Virus record (IMG/VR): IMGVR_UViG_3300021400_000048 | Location: 1-56,790 of that record | Length of the DNA stretch: 56,790 nt | From: a virus | Lineage: Duplodnaviria; Heunggongvirae; Uroviricota; Caudoviricetes | Reading direction: 5' to 3' (one strand) | Part shown: positions 54,501 through 56,790 of the stretch, piece after piece | How positions within the stretch are numbered: position 1 is the stretch's first letter | How the letters are laid out: the number at the start of each line of letters is the position of its first letter | Made by a program: the position numbers and the translations under genes | The notes under the pieces: model-generated | What the model was told of the DNA's origin: nothing | Databases searched by the model: none | Seen by the model: only the letters and a program-made list of their open reading frames with translations

Positions 54501-56788
54501 TCTCCATAAGTATATCCAGCAGCACCCTCTTTACTAGTTCCTTCAATAGTTATTTTTGAAGCATAGTCTATTCCAGTTATAGTAAATGAAGCTGTTTTAT
54601 TTACTCAACTACCTGAATCAATTTTATATCTTCAACCTGTTACATAATTACTCATTGTAACTGCCATAGACCAAGTAATTCTTGTTGCAGTTGGTGCAAT
54701 AGTACCAGAAGTACCCATTGTAAATGAATTAGGACTACTTGAAGACCCAATATTATTTCCAGTATAACCAGCAGAAGCTGTTGCATATCAATATACTGTG
54801 CTATCATATTGAGCTGAAATAGTGCCACTAGATCATTCACTAAATGATGATGCACCATTTACTTTATAATAAATCTTATTAATACCAGTATTCTTTGTAA
54901 CTGTGATATTATATGAATTTATTGATTGTGTAAAGTAATTATATACTGTTGCATCGCCATAAACAGTACCTGAACCAGATCCAGATGCATAAGTATAAGT
55001 AAATTTAGTAGTATTATACTTAGTAGTTGCACCAAAATCCGTATACGAATAAGTTGATCCATAAGTTTTAGTCTCAGTTCTAGTACCTAATGCTGTATAA
55101 CTACTTGAAGTACCATTTCTATCATAACAAGTAATAGTGTAAGAACGTGTAGTTCTAGTTGAATATACAGTATAAACTGATATATTACTTGAGCTAATTG
55201 TTATAGAATTAGTTGTTTTTCCAGTATATCTATATTGAGCATTATAATCATATGGATCACTATTATAATAGTTTGCAGAATTTAAAGTTGTACCATCACG
55301 TCCTCATAAAGTTTGTGAAGTAAATGCAGATGAATTATACATTGCACCTACTGTACAATTTCTTCAAATATAAACTGTACCACTTGATATTGTTTGACCT
55401 GCAGAACTTACTGTTCCAGAAGTTGTATATGTAGTCGAACTAGACGTACTAAATGAATATCTTATGCTACTTGTTGCAGTAGTTGTAGTAAATGTAATAG
55501 TTGTACCATTTAAAATATAACCAGAGCTGTAGTTGGCAGTACAATTTGTAGCTGGACTAATAGTTACATTGTAATAAATATATGATGCTGTTTTTGAATA
55601 TGCTGTAGTATCTTCAATAACTGTAGAAGTTGTTTGCCTTTGAGCATCTGAAGGGTTTATAACAGGAGTATTACTAAAACTATATTTTAGATTTGTTCCT
55701 GTATTACCTGTCCAAGTAATATTTGTGCCAACTCTATATCAACCATTTGTTGCTGAACAATTTGTTCCTGTACAAGCACAATTCATTCAAATATAAACAG
55801 TATCACTTGTAATACTTTGTCCAGCACTTGCTACTGTTTTATTTTGAGTGTGAGTATCAGATGCAGAAGTACTATAAGAATAACGCTTATTAGTTGTATT
55901 TGTTGTTGCAGTAAATGTTACTGTAGTTCCGTTTAATAAATATCCAGAACTATAATTTGAAGAAGCTGTATTAGTTCCTTTAGTAATAGTTACATTATAA
56001 TAAATGTAAGATGCATTATGTGTATAAGCAGTTTTTCCTAGAGCCAAAGTCTCGCTTGTAGATGTTGTAGCACTTGTAGCTGAACTATTTGTAAAGCTGT
56101 ATTTAGTATTTGTAGCTGTAGAAGCTCTTCAGTACACTGTTGTTCCAACTGGATATATATTAGTATTAACCATTTCTTCTTCAGTTCCACTGCCAATTAT
56201 TCTATAAATTTTTGATACATTACTTCCACTATAAGTAGCCTTCATATAGCCAGGAGTTGGAGCAGTCATATTAGCTCCAGCAGTTATTGAAGTACTTGGA
56301 GTTGTAGTATCACCTGTACTTGTTCCACCAAATGAATAGTTACTTCCAGCTGTCCAAGTAATAGTTGTACCAGAAGCATAATATGTACTAGTATTTCTGT
56401 TTGGTGTACAATAATTACTTGATGCTATTGAGGCAGCTTTATAATTTGTTGGTGTTGCACTATATGTTGCAGGTGCATTTGAAATAGAACTATTTGTATA
56501 GCTTGTTTGTGTTGTACCTGCTGCAAATGAATAATAAGTTGTAGGCGTCCAAGTTATAGAACTTGGTTTAGTACTACTTGTATAATATCCACTTGATTTA
56601 CTAGCTGAACATCCAGTACCACTATTGATAGTGATATAAAAGTATGTTGGTGATGCAGAAGCAGTTGTTGGAACAGCTGTTGAACCACCTATAGATTTAG
56701 TATCTCTGCTGCTTCCAGCAAATGATCATCCAGTATTTGCATATACTATAGTTGAAGGCTTAGAGCCGACTTCATATCAACCAGCTGT
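51584..56788 (-). CDS. Giant Thr/Ser/Tyr-rich virion or adhesin-like protein, 5' end outside the window, many TGA=Trp
   Basis: ORFs 52043-52261, 53117-53467 and 55787-56047 share one frame; sampled stops are TGA; at least 1734 aa; internal beta-rich repeats. Confidence 0.8.
52660..53460 (-). repeat. Duplicated about 100-aa domain (InlB-B/Listeria-Bacteroides-repeat-like)
   Basis: IKWIGADGSTALETD...SYSF.AWKLGSTSGSTVVSGTTKNPGS.. present twice. Confidence 0.8.
55380..56030 (-). repeat. Second internal duplication in the giant gene
   Basis: ASYIYYNVTI...ANYSSGY.LNGTT.TF..TT...RYS.STS twice (about 55380-55600 and 55800-56020). Confidence 0.7.
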
Positions 56789-56790
56789 AT

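Noticed and set aside
3308-54858. Antisense or nested short ORFs inside long genes (e.g. 3308, 5075, 13527, 14628, 17284, 28681, 29103, 32672, 34770, 42467, 47777, 49255, 49853, 54312, 54652)
   Set aside because: Shadow frames of well-supported genes

Overview
AT-rich segment of a large tailed bacteriophage, almost all on the minus strand; the host is probably a low-GC Bacillota/Mollicutes-related bacterium (inference). Layout: (1) 1-7035, a tRNA/ncRNA array with 27 conventional tRNAs, several tRNA-like and structured RNAs, rtcB and a YqeY-domain gene; (2) trpS, lon and an opal-suppressor tRNA(UCA); (3) a four-gene operon with SipW-class signal peptides behind tandem GEMM-I riboswitches; (4) bS21 and a replication/recombination module with clamp loader, beta clamp and split PolA; (5) a folate/dTMP module; (6) type II topoisomerase on the plus strand; (7) a Mur-ligase-like gene and a >1700-aa virion/adhesin-like gene. 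At least seven genes are intact only if TGA=Trp. Standout observation: two circularly permuted tRNA genes, Thr-UGU and Pro-UGG, both split at position 29/30. Each is enclosed by a covarying leader/trailer RNA 'bracket' that occurs six times in the array, and the two genes flank the RtcB RNA ligase gene. This is a candidate phage tRNA back-splicing system. All calls were made by eye with no database searches, so family names rest on recognised motifs.
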